Below are positions 51,542-62,049 of a stretch of 64,000 nucleotides of DNA, piece after piece. The stretch spans positions 160,001-224,000 of the forward strand of contig JAHPZE010000003.1 in assembly GCA_019058365.1 (NCBI GenBank), given 5' to 3'. Source of the DNA: Promethearchaeota archaeon. GTDB taxonomy: Archaea; Asgardarchaeota; Lokiarchaeia; Sigyniarchaeales; SOKP01. The first letter of the stretch is position 1, and each line of letters begins with the position of its first letter. A program made the translations under genes and the position numbers. The notes below the pieces were generated by a model. The model was not told where the DNA came from and ran no database searches. It was given only the letters and a program-made list of their open reading frames with translations.

Positions 51542-53925
51542 TTAGTGGAGTAAAAAGAAAAAAAACCGCAGTTGAAAGTACTTATAGATTTTTTCAAACT
51601 GTTGACTTAATTATATCTCATTTTAAAAGGGAAGCTGATAAAAATAAAATTTTTGAACTTATTGGTAAGAAAAATAGTTTTGATGATTTACTAAAAGCTA
51701 CCGCGACTATTCATATTTATCACAGTTTAGGAATCCGAGTTCAAAAGTTATTAGATAAAGACAAATTTACTTTCGATTCAACTAAGAATTTAGAACTTAC
51801 AGAGAAAAAGGTGATTAATGAGGAAGTTGATTTACTATTAAAAAACTCATTAAATTTAGAAGTAAACCTCCTCAACAAGATAATTGATTTAGAAAATAAG
51901 ATTATTTCTTTTTTAATTGAAGAGAGAAAGGAAACTCTCCAGAATATTGAAAGAGAGAAATTAATAAAGGATATTGAAGGTCAAATTGAACAAGAATTAC
52001 AAGAAATCATATTGAACTATCCCCCATTCTACTTTTACGATTTAATTGGTGATTTGATTGGACTTAATGATGAAATTAAAAAAGAAATTTTAGAGGAATC
52101 TGCTGCTTTTAAGGATATTTCTGTCGAATTAGAGAAAAAACTTGAGTTGGAAGAAAAAGAAGATAAATTCATAGAATTAGCGACATTGGACAGGCTGATA
52201 GATAAAATACGTACACAATTCGAATTTAAATCATATAAAGAATTACAAATTCAAGCAATGCCCATAAGAATGATAAAAAGAAGAGTATTAGAATATAATT
52301 TTAACCGATTTCCTATTTCAATACCCGGTTTGAAGGTATTCATGGAAGCGAATAACCTAAAAAAAGACCTTATTTATAAAATTGAAAATGCTCTTAAAGA
52401 AAAAATCGATTATGAACAATTTGAGGCAAAAATCCTTAGTTTTTTAAGATTAGCGTTAATTAAAAAATTAAAAGAGAACCCGAATGATTTTATCTATTTT
52501 CTACAAAGCATAAATGAATGTGGTTTTGAAGATATAATTTATATATTACAAAAATATGGGGTTTACAATATTTTACATTTTTTAAATGTAGATGAAGATT
52601 TAACAGAAAATGTTAAAAAAAATATGGTTAGGTATAATATAAAAAAATTAGATATTATATCATTAAATGATACTAAACAAAATTTAATATATTTAGCAAA
52701 AAAGGCGATTTCCGAGCAGAATATTCAGAATGTCAGAGAGATTTTTGAAAAATCTGAAAAAATCTCTGAATTTGACCTATTAGAAATTATAACCCTAGAT
52801 ATAAATAAGGATCCGGATTTAATAAGATTTTTAGAAGAAAAAACTGGAACTAATATTAATGATTTAAGGCAGTATATTAGGAAAAAACAAGCAATTGATA
52901 AAGTTTTTTTATATGAACTGAAATTAAAAAATTACTCTCACTTATTATTTATCTTAGAGTTCGAAGATATTATCAATGAATTAGCAAAGGATATTTTCTT
53001 TTATATCTTATCCAAAATTTTAAGACAGCTTAGTAGGATAATTGAGGTTTATCTTAAGGTTTCTAACGATAGATCATTATTTTTATTAGCATTAAAGAAA
53101 ATGGGGGGAACAACTGATTCAGAAGAATGGATAAATGTAAAAATAGAAGAGTTGATCATTAAAAGAATAAATAAAAGACAAGAAGAATTAGTCATAGTAT
53201 TTGACGCAAATAATCAACCCTTCTTAGTTAATGGATTTATTTTGGCACGGTTGATGGAATTATCTTTAAAAGAAGCGATTGCTGTTCTAAAAAACAATCC
53301 AAGTCCTATATATGAAGATATAGCTCAATTAAAGTTAAAGTCAGATATAATATCTCCAATTTCATACTGCATTGGATATGATATAATTAAAAGAATTGAA
53401 AAATTTGAAGAAAGTCGAAAATCAGAAGTAGAGCAGATAATTGAATTTAAAGAAAAAAAAAAAGAGGAAAAAGCTAAGAAAATACGTGAAGTGCAAGAAT
53501 TAAGTACTTTAAATTGGATTGAACGTAGAATCACAAGTTCACTAATGAGAATTAATAGTCCTGGGATTAACCCAAATCAGTTATATTGGCAAGAAAAAGA
53601 TACGAAAATAGCTACTGATAATATAAAACTTCATAGTGAATTAAAAGGTGATCCAATTGAGCTAATAAGTCAATTTTTTAATTTTGCCGTAGAAAAAATT
53701 AGAAATTTAACTCCAGATGTTAAGTTACCCAATTATGAAAAAATTATGAATAATGTGAACGATATTACTGAAAAATTATTAAATGTACGACTTGGTAGAA
53801 CTCCTACCCCCGAGGAAAAAAAAAATTTACTTGATGGAGAAAGGTATGAAATTGGTAATCAAATTGCTGGAAAAATTGGGCGCTTATTAGATAAAGCATT
53901 ATATATAAAATTTAAAAGTAGATAG
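51523..53925 (+). CDS. Large helical/coiled-coil hypothetical protein (start possibly ATG 51538)
   Basis: 800-aa ORF; ATGA overlap with the upstream stop. Confidence 0.7.
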   Translation: MGERFMISGVKRKKTAVESTYRFFQTVDLIISHFKREADKNKIFELIGKKNSFDDLLKATATIHIYHSLGIRVQKLLDKDKFTFDSTKNLELTEKKVINEEVDLLLKNSLNLEVNLLNKIIDLENKIISFLIEERKETLQNIEREKLIKDIEGQIEQELQEIILNYPPFYFYDLIGDLIGLNDEIKKEILEESAAFKDISVELEKKLELEEKEDKFIELATLDRLIDKIRTQFEFKSYKELQIQAMPIRMIKRRVLEYNFNRFPISIPGLKVFMEANNLKKDLIYKIENALKEKIDYEQFEAKILSFLRLALIKKLKENPNDFIYFLQSINECGFEDIIYILQKYGVYNILHFLNVDEDLTENVKKNMVRYNIKKLDIISLNDTKQNLIYLAKKAISEQNIQNVREIFEKSEKISEFDLLEIITLDINKDPDLIRFLEEKTGTNINDLRQYIRKKQAIDKVFLYELKLKNYSHLLFILEFEDIINELAKDIFFYILSKILRQLSRIIEVYLKVSNDRSLFLLALKKMGGTTDSEEWINVKIEELIIKRINKRQEELVIVFDANNQPFLVNGFILARLMELSLKEAIAVLKNNPSPIYEDIAQLKLKSDIISPISYCIGYDIIKRIEKFEESRKSEVEQIIEFKEKKKEEKAKKIREVQELSTLNWIERRITSSLMRINSPGINPNQLYWQEKDTKIATDNIKLHSELKGDPIELISQFFNFAVEKIRNLTPDVKLPNYEKIMNNVNDITEKLLNVRLGRTPTPEEKKNLLDGERYEIGNQIAGKIGRLLDKALYIKFKSR

Positions 53926-54099
53926 AAATCAATTTGAAATTAACAAAATTTTGAGTACAAATATAATGCTTATAATCTTTTTCATTTTCTCTTTTTAACA
54001 ATATTAGTTTTGAACAACTTGTAGGAAATAATAAAGATATTAAAAGATTCATTATTTAATCTATATAAAATTAAATTAGAAAATACGGATTATATTCTT

Positions 54100-54375
54100 A
54101 TGGTCTTAATATTTTCATGGATTAAGAAAGAGTTAATCTATATAAAAGATTCTCTCACTGAAATTATTAAAGCGATAATTCTCGTAGCTTTAGCATCTTC
54201 AGGTATAGCATTTGCTTTATTACTCCGATATTTAGGATATAATGGGACAATAATCACATTTGTTGGGATTGTAGCAGAATTTATCTCTTTATTCATTTGT
54301 TATTTCTTATTTCGTAATTATTTGAAATCAGAGGAAAAAACTGAATCCTCTAAACCAAAGGGAAAGAAAATCTAG
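54100..54375 (+). CDS. Small two-TM membrane protein
   Basis: Two hydrophobic helices, charged tail. Confidence 0.6.
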   Translation: MVLIFSWIKKELIYIKDSLTEIIKAIILVALASSGIAFALLLRYLGYNGTIITFVGIVAEFISLFICYFLFRNYLKSEEKTESSKPKGKKI

Positions 54376-54387
54376 TTAATGAAAAAA

Positions 54388-55110
54388 TTATATAAAATTT
54401 TCCCAAGGTCTTTCATCAATTCGTTGGGAGATTAAATAATCTTTAACGTCAATTTTTAATATATTAGGATCATATTCCCAAGCACCTTCTTTATTAAATG
54501 AAATACATCTAAGTTTTTCAATATTAAATTTAGACTTAATTAAAAAACCATACATAGACACTTGTGGTAAAGAAAGTAAAAAATTACCCTCCGGTTTATA
54601 ATCAATTACTTTAACTATATCATTTTGAATTTGAATTAAATCAATATGTCCCGTAATTATATTTTTTTTCTGGGCATTCCAAATTGGAACTTCTATAGCT
54701 ATAGCATCCTTATCTTTTATCAAAATATTTTTTAAAATAGGTTCATGTCCTGGTGCTCCAGGGAAATTATTAGCTTGATAATTCTCATAGACTTTTTGAG
54801 CATACTTTGGTAATTTCGAATTAGAATCATGATACTGAATTTTATTAGATCTAATAAGATTTTTACTAAAACTTCTAATAAAAGTATTTTTAATACCTCT
54901 AATTTTAAATTGAGATACTCTTGGAAATTGCTTTGTATTAAATAGATTGTTGGGGATTAATCCCTCTAAAACCTTCTTAAAATGGTCTTTAAGGCGATTT
55001 AATTCTTCTCTGTTAGAAGTTATTTGCAAATATTTTTCTCTATGGTGTGTTTTATTCCAATTAAAGGAATAGGGAATATTTTGATGAATAAAAATTTTTT
55101 TCTTAAGCAA
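54388..55110 (-). CDS. PD-(D/E)XK nuclease family protein
   Basis: EVPIW, TGHIDL, VIDYKP, QVSMYG. Confidence 0.85.
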   Translation of the reverse strand: MLKKKIFIHQNIPYSFNWNKTHHREKYLQITSNREELNRLKDHFKKVLEGLIPNNLFNTKQFPRVSQFKIRGIKNTFIRSFSKNLIRSNKIQYHDSNSKLPKYAQKVYENYQANNFPGAPGHEPILKNILIKDKDAIAIEVPIWNAQKKNIITGHIDLIQIQNDIVKVIDYKPEGNFLLSLPQVSMYGFLIKSKFNIEKLRCISFNKEGAWEYDPNILKIDVKDYLISQRIDERPWENFI

Positions 55111-55578
55111 GCTTTATACTCTCTAAAAATTTACCAATTCTATATAATACAATTAATATAAGTCTTAAATTTAATTTAAGAATTTTATTTATTAAAAAGA
55201 ATATATTAACAATTTATTAATTTCTTAAGAAATGTTTGCTCAATTTAGCTTATTTAAATTAAATTAATGTGTTTTTTAAAGGATTCTATTAAATTTGAGG
55301 AAATTAGACTTTTTCCTTTACAAGCTATTTTACAAATAGAAAATTTACAATTAAATATCTGTTAATTTCAAATTAAATTAATAGAATTCTTTGATTCTTT
55401 AAAGAATCTTTTGCAAAATCCTTAGGGTTAAATTTGAATTAACCATAAGCTTTTTAATGAAAAATTATAATCTTATATTTAGGCTTAGTAAATAAAGAAA
55501 AATATTGTTTTCTAAGTATTCAAATTAACATGAAATTAAATCTATTTCAAGAAATAAATCATTAGAGATGTTAATTCT

Positions 55579-56064
55579 ATGGATCATGATTATAAAAAAG
55601 ATAATCCTAAAAAGAAAATCAAAGTCAAGGATAAAGAAGAATTAACCCTATCGTATAAAAAAGAAGAATTTCTTGAGCATTTCCCATACCTGATAAAAGA
55701 GATATCTGAAAAAACAAAATCAATAGAAATAAATTCAATTAATTGTCAAATTGAGCAAATTCATAAAGAAAAGTTTCAGATTTCAAAAAATGATTACCCA
55801 AATGAGCTATATAATCCGGGAGCGATTGATTTTATCAGAAGATGTTCAAGCAAAAAGGATGCAATTAATATACTAGATTATTTAATGAAAAGAAATGAAA
55901 TTAATAAGGAAGATTATAAATCTTATAAGAATATTATTTCACAAAAAGGGGGGTTAGAACGAATTATTAACGAGAGTGGTGGTTTAAAAAAACCTGGATA
56001 TTATATGAGAAAATATTATAAAAAGGATATGAAAAATCAAAAATTAAATAGTAATGAGGATTAG
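55579..56064 (+). CDS. DUF2095-like protein
   Basis: FPYLIKEI, YNPGAIDFIRRC, KKPGYY. Confidence 0.75.
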   Translation: MDHDYKKDNPKKKIKVKDKEELTLSYKKEEFLEHFPYLIKEISEKTKSIEINSINCQIEQIHKEKFQISKNDYPNELYNPGAIDFIRRCSSKKDAINILDYLMKRNEINKEDYKSYKNIISQKGGLERIINESGGLKKPGYYMRKYYKKDMKNQKLNSNED

Positions 56065-56072
56065 CATCATTT

Positions 56073-56145
56073 GACAGATGATGAACTTATGACAAAGCTA
56101 GCTGCTTGCTCGGTAGCAATGACGTTGTCGCCCCAAACTGATGTC
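56073..56145 (+). ncRNA. C/D-box sRNA, predicted guide for 23S rRNA Gm2251 (E. coli numbering)
   Basis: Terminal stem GACA/TGTC, C box ATGATGA (56078-84), D box CTGA (56138-41), guide TGTCGCCCCA complementary to P-loop UGGGGCG(G/A)CA. Confidence 0.85.
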
Positions 56146-56160
56146 TTAACTTATTGTTAA

Positions 56161-56409
56161 CTATTTATTTAATCTTTTTCGAAAAAGAACTCCCTTCTCA
56201 GATAAAAAATATTCATCATTATTTTTTTTAATAAGACCTAAATCGAATAAAACTGGGATTCTCCCATTTATGCATGATATTGGTAACCCAGAAAATAATT
56301 TAATTGTCTCGTAATTTTTTGCCCCATTATCGATCGCAACCAGTATTTCAATTCCCATATAACCTAAAATATTCTTTAAATCTTCTGAAGTTTCTTCTTC
56401 ATTAGGCAT
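56161..56409 (-). CDS. Small winged-helix protein
   Basis: EILVAI...LFDLGLIKK..YFLSEKG. Confidence 0.7.
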   Translation of the reverse strand: MPNEEETSEDLKNILGYMGIEILVAIDNGAKNYETIKLFSGLPISCINGRIPVLFDLGLIKKNNDEYFLSEKGVLFRKRLNK

Positions 56410-56477
56410 TATAAATCGTGTGTTTGTAAATTTTATTAAAGAACAAATTCCAATATCTACGTTTTTTTTAATTATTA

Positions 56478-57734
56478 TTATTTTTGTGTGATTTTCTTTT
56501 TTTTAGAATTTTTTTTTCTCGTATTTTTTAAATTAGATTTATTTTCTTCTATTGGAAGAACTATTTCTTCTTCATTAAATTCCTGTCCTTCTTTAAGTTT
56601 GGTGGAGTATTTATTTGCAACTACAGGTTCAGATTCCTTTGGTAAAAGTTTCCTCATCCATTCTGGAAAAGCAGTTGTAATTTGCAAATTGGTTTTCAAA
56701 ACAATATAAGTCTCACCATTATAATTTAATTCTTCAATGACATCATATTTCTTTAAAAAATCAATATTTTCCATTAAGGAATCTAAAGATTTTTTTGAAA
56801 CTAGTTTAGGTAATTTATCTTTTGAAATTAACCCATTTCTTAATTCTGAAAGGACATTATATTTTTTCGAATCCGCCATTATTTGAAATAAAGTAAAAGC
56901 ATCTTCTTTTATTTGTTCCTTAGTTTTCTTTTCATATTCACTATAGTATTCTTGGACTTTAGGAAGGAGTAGTTCTATCAATTCTGGCTTATCATCAATA
57001 TACTCAATGACACTATCGGGTGGTATCCTTTCAGCGTTTACTTCTTTTAATAAAAGTACATATTTCTCTACTAAACCTATTTGGTTAATAAAAATAAATT
57101 GTTTATCGACTAAAGTATCAATAATCTCATTAAAATCTTTTTCTGGAAACTTCTCAATATACCATTCTCTTAACCATTCTAACGGGATTGGACCTTTAGA
57201 CAACTTTTCTAATGTCTTGAATATATGTTTATCATTTAATAAAATAGCTATTTTCTCTTCTTCTGTTTTTTCTCTTGTATCTTCAATAATTGCCCAATAT
57301 AAATTATTTACCCAAGCTTCTATTAAGGATTCATTTTTAACTATATTCTCCTGATCATCTTCATCAAAATTATTTATATCATTTATATAAAATGCTGTAA
57401 AAATTTCTTCATTTGATTGCAATCGTTCTGAGAATTCAGTGCATAGAATTGATATTTTTTCTTCAATTTCAAGAGGAATTTGTTGGTCAAGAATAATTGA
57501 AACCATTAACATTTCTTTATTTCCTCGCGCCCAATCTGAATGAATCTCAAAGTAATAATTCATTGATTTTAGATTTTCAAAAGAATGAGTAAAAAAGCCC
57601 TCACTAAATTGTTGATCCATGATGTTAGCTACTTTACCTGATAATTCCTTTTCTAAGATATTCCTTGGGTAAGAATAAAACACTAATGGACCAATTTTAC
57701 GATGAAAATATGATAAGACGACGATAGTTTTCAA
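56478..57734 (-). CDS. Longin/uDENN-like protein with two C-terminal winged-helix-like regions (NPRL2/folliculin-like)
   Basis: N-terminal IVVLSYFHRKIGPLVFYSYP; ARGNKEMLMVSII. Confidence 0.65.
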   Translation of the reverse strand: MKTIVVLSYFHRKIGPLVFYSYPRNILEKELSGKVANIMDQQFSEGFFTHSFENLKSMNYYFEIHSDWARGNKEMLMVSIILDQQIPLEIEEKISILCTEFSERLQSNEEIFTAFYINDINNFDEDDQENIVKNESLIEAWVNNLYWAIIEDTREKTEEEKIAILLNDKHIFKTLEKLSKGPIPLEWLREWYIEKFPEKDFNEIIDTLVDKQFIFINQIGLVEKYVLLLKEVNAERIPPDSVIEYIDDKPELIELLLPKVQEYYSEYEKKTKEQIKEDAFTLFQIMADSKKYNVLSELRNGLISKDKLPKLVSKKSLDSLMENIDFLKKYDVIEELNYNGETYIVLKTNLQITTAFPEWMRKLLPKESEPVVANKYSTKLKEGQEFNEEEIVLPIEENKSNLKNTRKKNSKKKKITQK

Positions 57735-57942
57735 TTAATGAATCTCCATTACGAATTCTATATTAGATAACAAGAACCGCTCTTTTTTTCTGTTTAACCT
57801 AAAATAAATTAATATTGAAGATTATATATTATTAAAGATAAATAAATTTATCTTAACTCCACATCTAATATCCTAGGATAATTAATATAAGCAATCAACT
57901 TAAATTATTTTAATGAATTAGTGATAAAATGAAAATTTAATA

Positions 57943-58698
57943 ATGAGCCCCATAAAATTAATTGGATTTGATTTGGATGATTGTCTTTTTGACTCAACGG
58001 GATTATCTGAAAGAGCTAGAATTAAAGGGCTTTATGCAATGATTGACCTAGGCTTAAAAATAGATAAAAAGAAAGCAGCTCAGATATTAGGTGAAATAGT
58101 GAGAGAATACGGTTCAAATTCCTCGAAACATTATAATCATTTCCTAAGAAGACTGAATCAGATGGAGGAAAGCGTTGAATTTCTCTCATATAATGATCGA
58201 TATAAATATATTGCTGGTGCTGTTATGGCATACCATGAAGAAAAAGTAAATTCAATACAATTATACGATGATGTAGAGAAAAGCTTGAGTAGATTAAAAG
58301 ATTTATCTATTAAAACAGCAATTATAACAGATGGAATCCCGATAAAGCAATATGAAAAGATTTTAAGACTTAAAATTGATAAATTAATTGATTTAGTAGT
58401 TATTTCAGATGAAATTGGGATTAAAAAACCTAATCCAGATCTATTCTATTACTGTTTAAAAAAATTTAGAGTTAAAGGCCAAGAAACAATATATGTAGGG
58501 GATCGTATTGATAAAGATATAATTCCTGCTAACTTAAACAATATATATAGTGTATATCTTCATCGAGGAGGAAAGTATGACAGTTATGAAAAAGATATAA
58601 AAATCCAAGATAGTTTTAAACCTGATTATGAAATCTCCAATTTAAACGAATTATTTGATATAATCGATGAGATTAACAAAAAAGGGTCTAAAGGTTAA
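57943..58698 (+). CDS. HAD-superfamily hydrolase
   Basis: FDLDDCL, ITDG, KKPNP, VGDRIDKDI. Confidence 0.93.
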   Translation: MSPIKLIGFDLDDCLFDSTGLSERARIKGLYAMIDLGLKIDKKKAAQILGEIVREYGSNSSKHYNHFLRRLNQMEESVEFLSYNDRYKYIAGAVMAYHEEKVNSIQLYDDVEKSLSRLKDLSIKTAIITDGIPIKQYEKILRLKIDKLIDLVVISDEIGIKKPNPDLFYYCLKKFRVKGQETIYVGDRIDKDIIPANLNNIYSVYLHRGGKYDSYEKDIKIQDSFKPDYEISNLNELFDIIDEINKKGSKG

Positions 58699-58706
58699 TC
58701 TATAAG

Positions 58707-59522
58707 ATGAAAGTGGCTTGTATTCAACCAACAATATTTGAAAACAGAACTAAGTGTTATAACGAAATTGAACTAATATTAAGAGAATTATTAGAAGAAC
58801 ATAAAATTTGTGATATTATATGTTTACCAGAAAGATGGGTTCCTTTTTTTAGAGATTCAACTCAAAATTTTCAAGACCAAAAAGGCGACGATTATACTTT
58901 TATTAAAACTTTAGCCAAGGAATACAATATTAAAATTTTATCGGGAGCAATCTGGGAGAAAAGAATTAATTCAAAAAAACCTACTATAACTTGTTACTTT
59001 TTTGATGAAAACGGTGAAGAAATCGGTAGGCAAGATAAAATCCACCTTTATGCTTACGAACGCGAACATTTCGAGTCAGGTAAAGAATTAAATGTATTTA
59101 AACTTGATAATTCCCATTATTTTACAATTCTTATTTGCTATGATATGGCTTTTTTTGAAACACCTCGATTAGCTATCGAAAACGGTGCAGATATATTGTT
59201 TTCACCGACACAAATAAGAGCTGATGGAATGGAAAATTGGAAAGTCTATCTAAAAGCCCGTGCTCTCGAAAACAGAGTACCTATTGTGGCTTGCAACACT
59301 TTTGGCAAGTTTATGAAAAGAAAATTCCTAGGTAATAGTAAAATCATTTCTTTCCATGAAGGCTATATATCCCCATCAAAATTAAAGATTGTAGAAGGAC
59401 CAAAAAATTCAAGAGGATTTATTTTTGACAATGTCGATTTAAATTTTCCAAGAAAATTAAGAGCAATTCGCTTTAAAGAACAAATTGATAAAAATAAAAT
59501 AAAAGTCAAAACAATTAATTAA
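58707..59522 (+). CDS. Carbon-nitrogen hydrolase (nitrilase family)
   Basis: E-K-C triad: LPE, KIHL, ICYD; ARALEN. Confidence 0.92.
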   Translation: MKVACIQPTIFENRTKCYNEIELILRELLEEHKICDIICLPERWVPFFRDSTQNFQDQKGDDYTFIKTLAKEYNIKILSGAIWEKRINSKKPTITCYFFDENGEEIGRQDKIHLYAYEREHFESGKELNVFKLDNSHYFTILICYDMAFFETPRLAIENGADILFSPTQIRADGMENWKVYLKARALENRVPIVACNTFGKFMKRKFLGNSKIISFHEGYISPSKLKIVEGPKNSRGFIFDNVDLNFPRKLRAIRFKEQIDKNKIKVKTIN

Positions 59523-59546
59523 TAAAACATATTCTTGTAATTTGAT

Positions 59547-60503
59547 ATGAATGGTTCAAAAGAATTAAATAAAATCCTATTTTGTGGTTTAGAAAATGGT
59601 GGAAAAACTTCAATTTTGCTATTATTAGATAAAAAATTTAGTTTATTACCTGTAGTTAAACCAACTATAAAAGCAAAAAGAACCTTCTATACAAACTCAT
59701 TATTGGGAACCTCAATTGCCCGTTGGGATTTAGGTGGTCAAAAAAATTATAGAAAAATATATTTGGGTAATAAGAGCAAATATTTTACAGATATGCAATC
59801 AATATTCTATGTTATAGATATCCAAGCACCTAAAAAATTTGAAGAATCATTAAAATTTCTTAAAGATATTATTAATATAACCTCAGAGTCACATCCTGAA
59901 AATTTTCAGTTATTAATATTACTCCATAAATACGATCCTGACATAAAAAATAAGAAAGAAACTTTAGATCATATTAATTACCTAGAAAATATAATTTCAT
60001 CTACCATTAAGGAAGTTAAGTTTTCTATTTTTAAAACCTCAATATATGATGAACCAAGTCTATTGAAGGCTTTTTCTGATGGTGTTTTTTATGCAACACA
60101 TAAATCTAAAATGTTTGAAACTTTATTGAAAGAATATATGGGTAAAACTTACAATAGTTCTATGCTTCTACTTGATCAAAATTGCTTTATAATTGCTAGT
60201 AGAACCACAAATGAAAGTTATCAGAAAATTTGTGAAGCTATTGCTCCAAGATTAACTCAAGCATTAGAAAAATTAGAGGAATGGGATATAAATACAATTG
60301 ATATTGTAACAAATATAGAATTTCCAGAAAAACAATCAGAATTCCAAAAAGAGGGAATAATCTTTCTTAGAAAATTAGATATAAATAAAACGAGATTTTA
60401 TTTAATCGCACTTTGTTTAAATAAAAAAGTGAAAATTAAATCATATGAATATTTACCATTGTTAGCAAATAATTTAAAAAATTTACTAGAGAGTTTTGAT
60501 TAA
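59547..60503 (+). CDS. Small GTPase (Rag/Arf-like) with C-terminal roadblock-like domain
   Basis: G1 GLENGGKTS, G2 PT, G3 WDLGGQ, G4 HKYD, G5 KTSIYD; C-terminal MLLLDQNCFIIAS. Confidence 0.88.
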   Translation: MNGSKELNKILFCGLENGGKTSILLLLDKKFSLLPVVKPTIKAKRTFYTNSLLGTSIARWDLGGQKNYRKIYLGNKSKYFTDMQSIFYVIDIQAPKKFEESLKFLKDIINITSESHPENFQLLILLHKYDPDIKNKKETLDHINYLENIISSTIKEVKFSIFKTSIYDEPSLLKAFSDGVFYATHKSKMFETLLKEYMGKTYNSSMLLLDQNCFIIASRTTNESYQKICEAIAPRLTQALEKLEEWDINTIDIVTNIEFPEKQSEFQKEGIIFLRKLDINKTRFYLIALCLNKKVKIKSYEYLPLLANNLKNLLESFD

Positions 60504-60684
60504 TTTTCAACTAAAATTTAAAATTTATAATTTCTACATTTGTCCTTTCTTATAATTTTAATTCTAATTGGCAATTAAATCCTCAATTTTTTTAAAAAAA
60601 ATATAGTTTAATTTTACTTTTAGTTACCTCTCTGGGGGGTTTAAATACTTGTGATTAAAATCAATTTAAATAAAGGTTTAAAAT

Positions 60685-61878
60685 ATGATTGTAAGATCTA
60701 ATGTGAATAAATATTATGCAGGGCCTAAGGCTCTATTTGACTCAGATTATATTCCCCCCCACATATTATATAGAAAAAAAGAAGAAAATTCCCTCTTTTC
60801 GATTCTAAATGACTCAATTTCTGATGAGTTTAATCTCAATATAATTTATCAAGGAATTAATGGTATTGGAAAGAAAGTAATAGTTAATAAAGTATTGAAT
60901 GATCTATTAAACCAAAATAAAGATTTCGTTAAAATTAATAAAATTTGTGTGGATTGTAAAAAAAAAACCCCAGAAGAATTAATTTTTTTATTGTTAACCA
61001 AAATAAATGGATTATCAAATCTAAACTTTGATGTTCGATACGTATTAAATTCAGAGATATCTCACTTATGGAATATGTTTAAATTCATTTGTAGTAAAAA
61101 TGATTCTCATTTATTTTTTATATTTAATAACATCGAATATTTAGAACCCGAAATTTTTAAAAAGTTCTTACAATTTGGCAAAGAATCGAATATAACTCTA
61201 ATATCTACTGTAAATAAAATTATACAACCAGGAACAATGGAATTATTCTCTGAATTTGATTTTAAAAAAAAATTGAATTTTTATAATTATCAAGAGCTTT
61301 ATTCTATTCTTAAACAAAGAGTATTACTAAGTTTTTCACATGAAATAGATAGAAACCTAATTAGATATATAACAGATTTAATCTGCGAGCAATATGTACC
61401 AGTTCCGGGTAAAGGAATTGAAATCCTTCGAGATTTATATCCAATATTAAAAAACAAAAATACTTTAGGAAATTTTGAAGTATTAGATATTTGTCAAAAT
61501 GAATTTGATTCTTTTCAAATTTCTGATGAGTTTAGCATGATTAATTATCTTTCTGAAGAAGATATATTAACAGTAATATTTTTAGATAATTTTTCAAATT
61601 ATTTTACTAGCAAAAATAAATATTATATTTCTATAAAAGAATTACACGAATTATATGAAATTTCTTGCGAAAATTTGGAATATGAAAAAAATATTAATGA
61701 ATTTTGTAAAATAATTGAAGAACTTATGAATATTGGAGTTATAAAGCCATCAAAAAGAACAATTCATAAAAATTGTACTCATGAAAGTTTTAATGGTGTA
61801 AATTATGATTCCTTCTTTATATTAATGAATCCTAAACAAATAAAGGTAATTATTGATGCAATTTTTAGCCAGTGTTAA
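60685..61878 (+). CDS. Divergent Cdc6/Orc1-like AAA+ protein
   Basis: FDSDYIPPHILYRKKE, degenerate Walker A GINGIGKK, YNYQELYSILKQRV, C-terminal winged helix. Confidence 0.8.
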   Translation: MIVRSNVNKYYAGPKALFDSDYIPPHILYRKKEENSLFSILNDSISDEFNLNIIYQGINGIGKKVIVNKVLNDLLNQNKDFVKINKICVDCKKKTPEELIFLLLTKINGLSNLNFDVRYVLNSEISHLWNMFKFICSKNDSHLFFIFNNIEYLEPEIFKKFLQFGKESNITLISTVNKIIQPGTMELFSEFDFKKKLNFYNYQELYSILKQRVLLSFSHEIDRNLIRYITDLICEQYVPVPGKGIEILRDLYPILKNKNTLGNFEVLDICQNEFDSFQISDEFSMINYLSEEDILTVIFLDNFSNYFTSKNKYYISIKELHELYEISCENLEYEKNINEFCKIIEELMNIGVIKPSKRTIHKNCTHESFNGVNYDSFFILMNPKQIKVIIDAIFSQC

Positions 61879-62049
61879 ATAGTTCTAAAATTTAAAAGTG
61901 TTTTTTTTAAATTTTAGAAAAAATCTCATTTCAAAGCGATTCCAAAAATCGGAAAATGTAAAACAGATTTTTTTAATAAGATATCTTATATATTTATAGG
62001 TATAATCACACTATTTTTTTATTAATATAGGTAAAAATGGAGATAAATT

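Noticed and set aside
54388-55110. Cas4 assignment
   Set aside because: Lacks the Fe-S cysteines and any CRISPR context
1360-57354. Short overlapping ORFs in the track (e.g. 1360, 5106, 7357, 7382, 10493, 13017, 16535, 21047, 22822, 23995, 25533, 27033, 30195, 32061, 34671, 36607, 38566, 40236, 42662, 43164, 49489, 50509, 53325, 56488, 57007)
   Set aside because: Overlap well-supported genes on the opposite strand or another frame and show no motifs
60504-60684. Replication origin upstream of the cdc6-like gene
   Set aside because: Only a G6 run at 60634-60639; no repeated ORB elements visible
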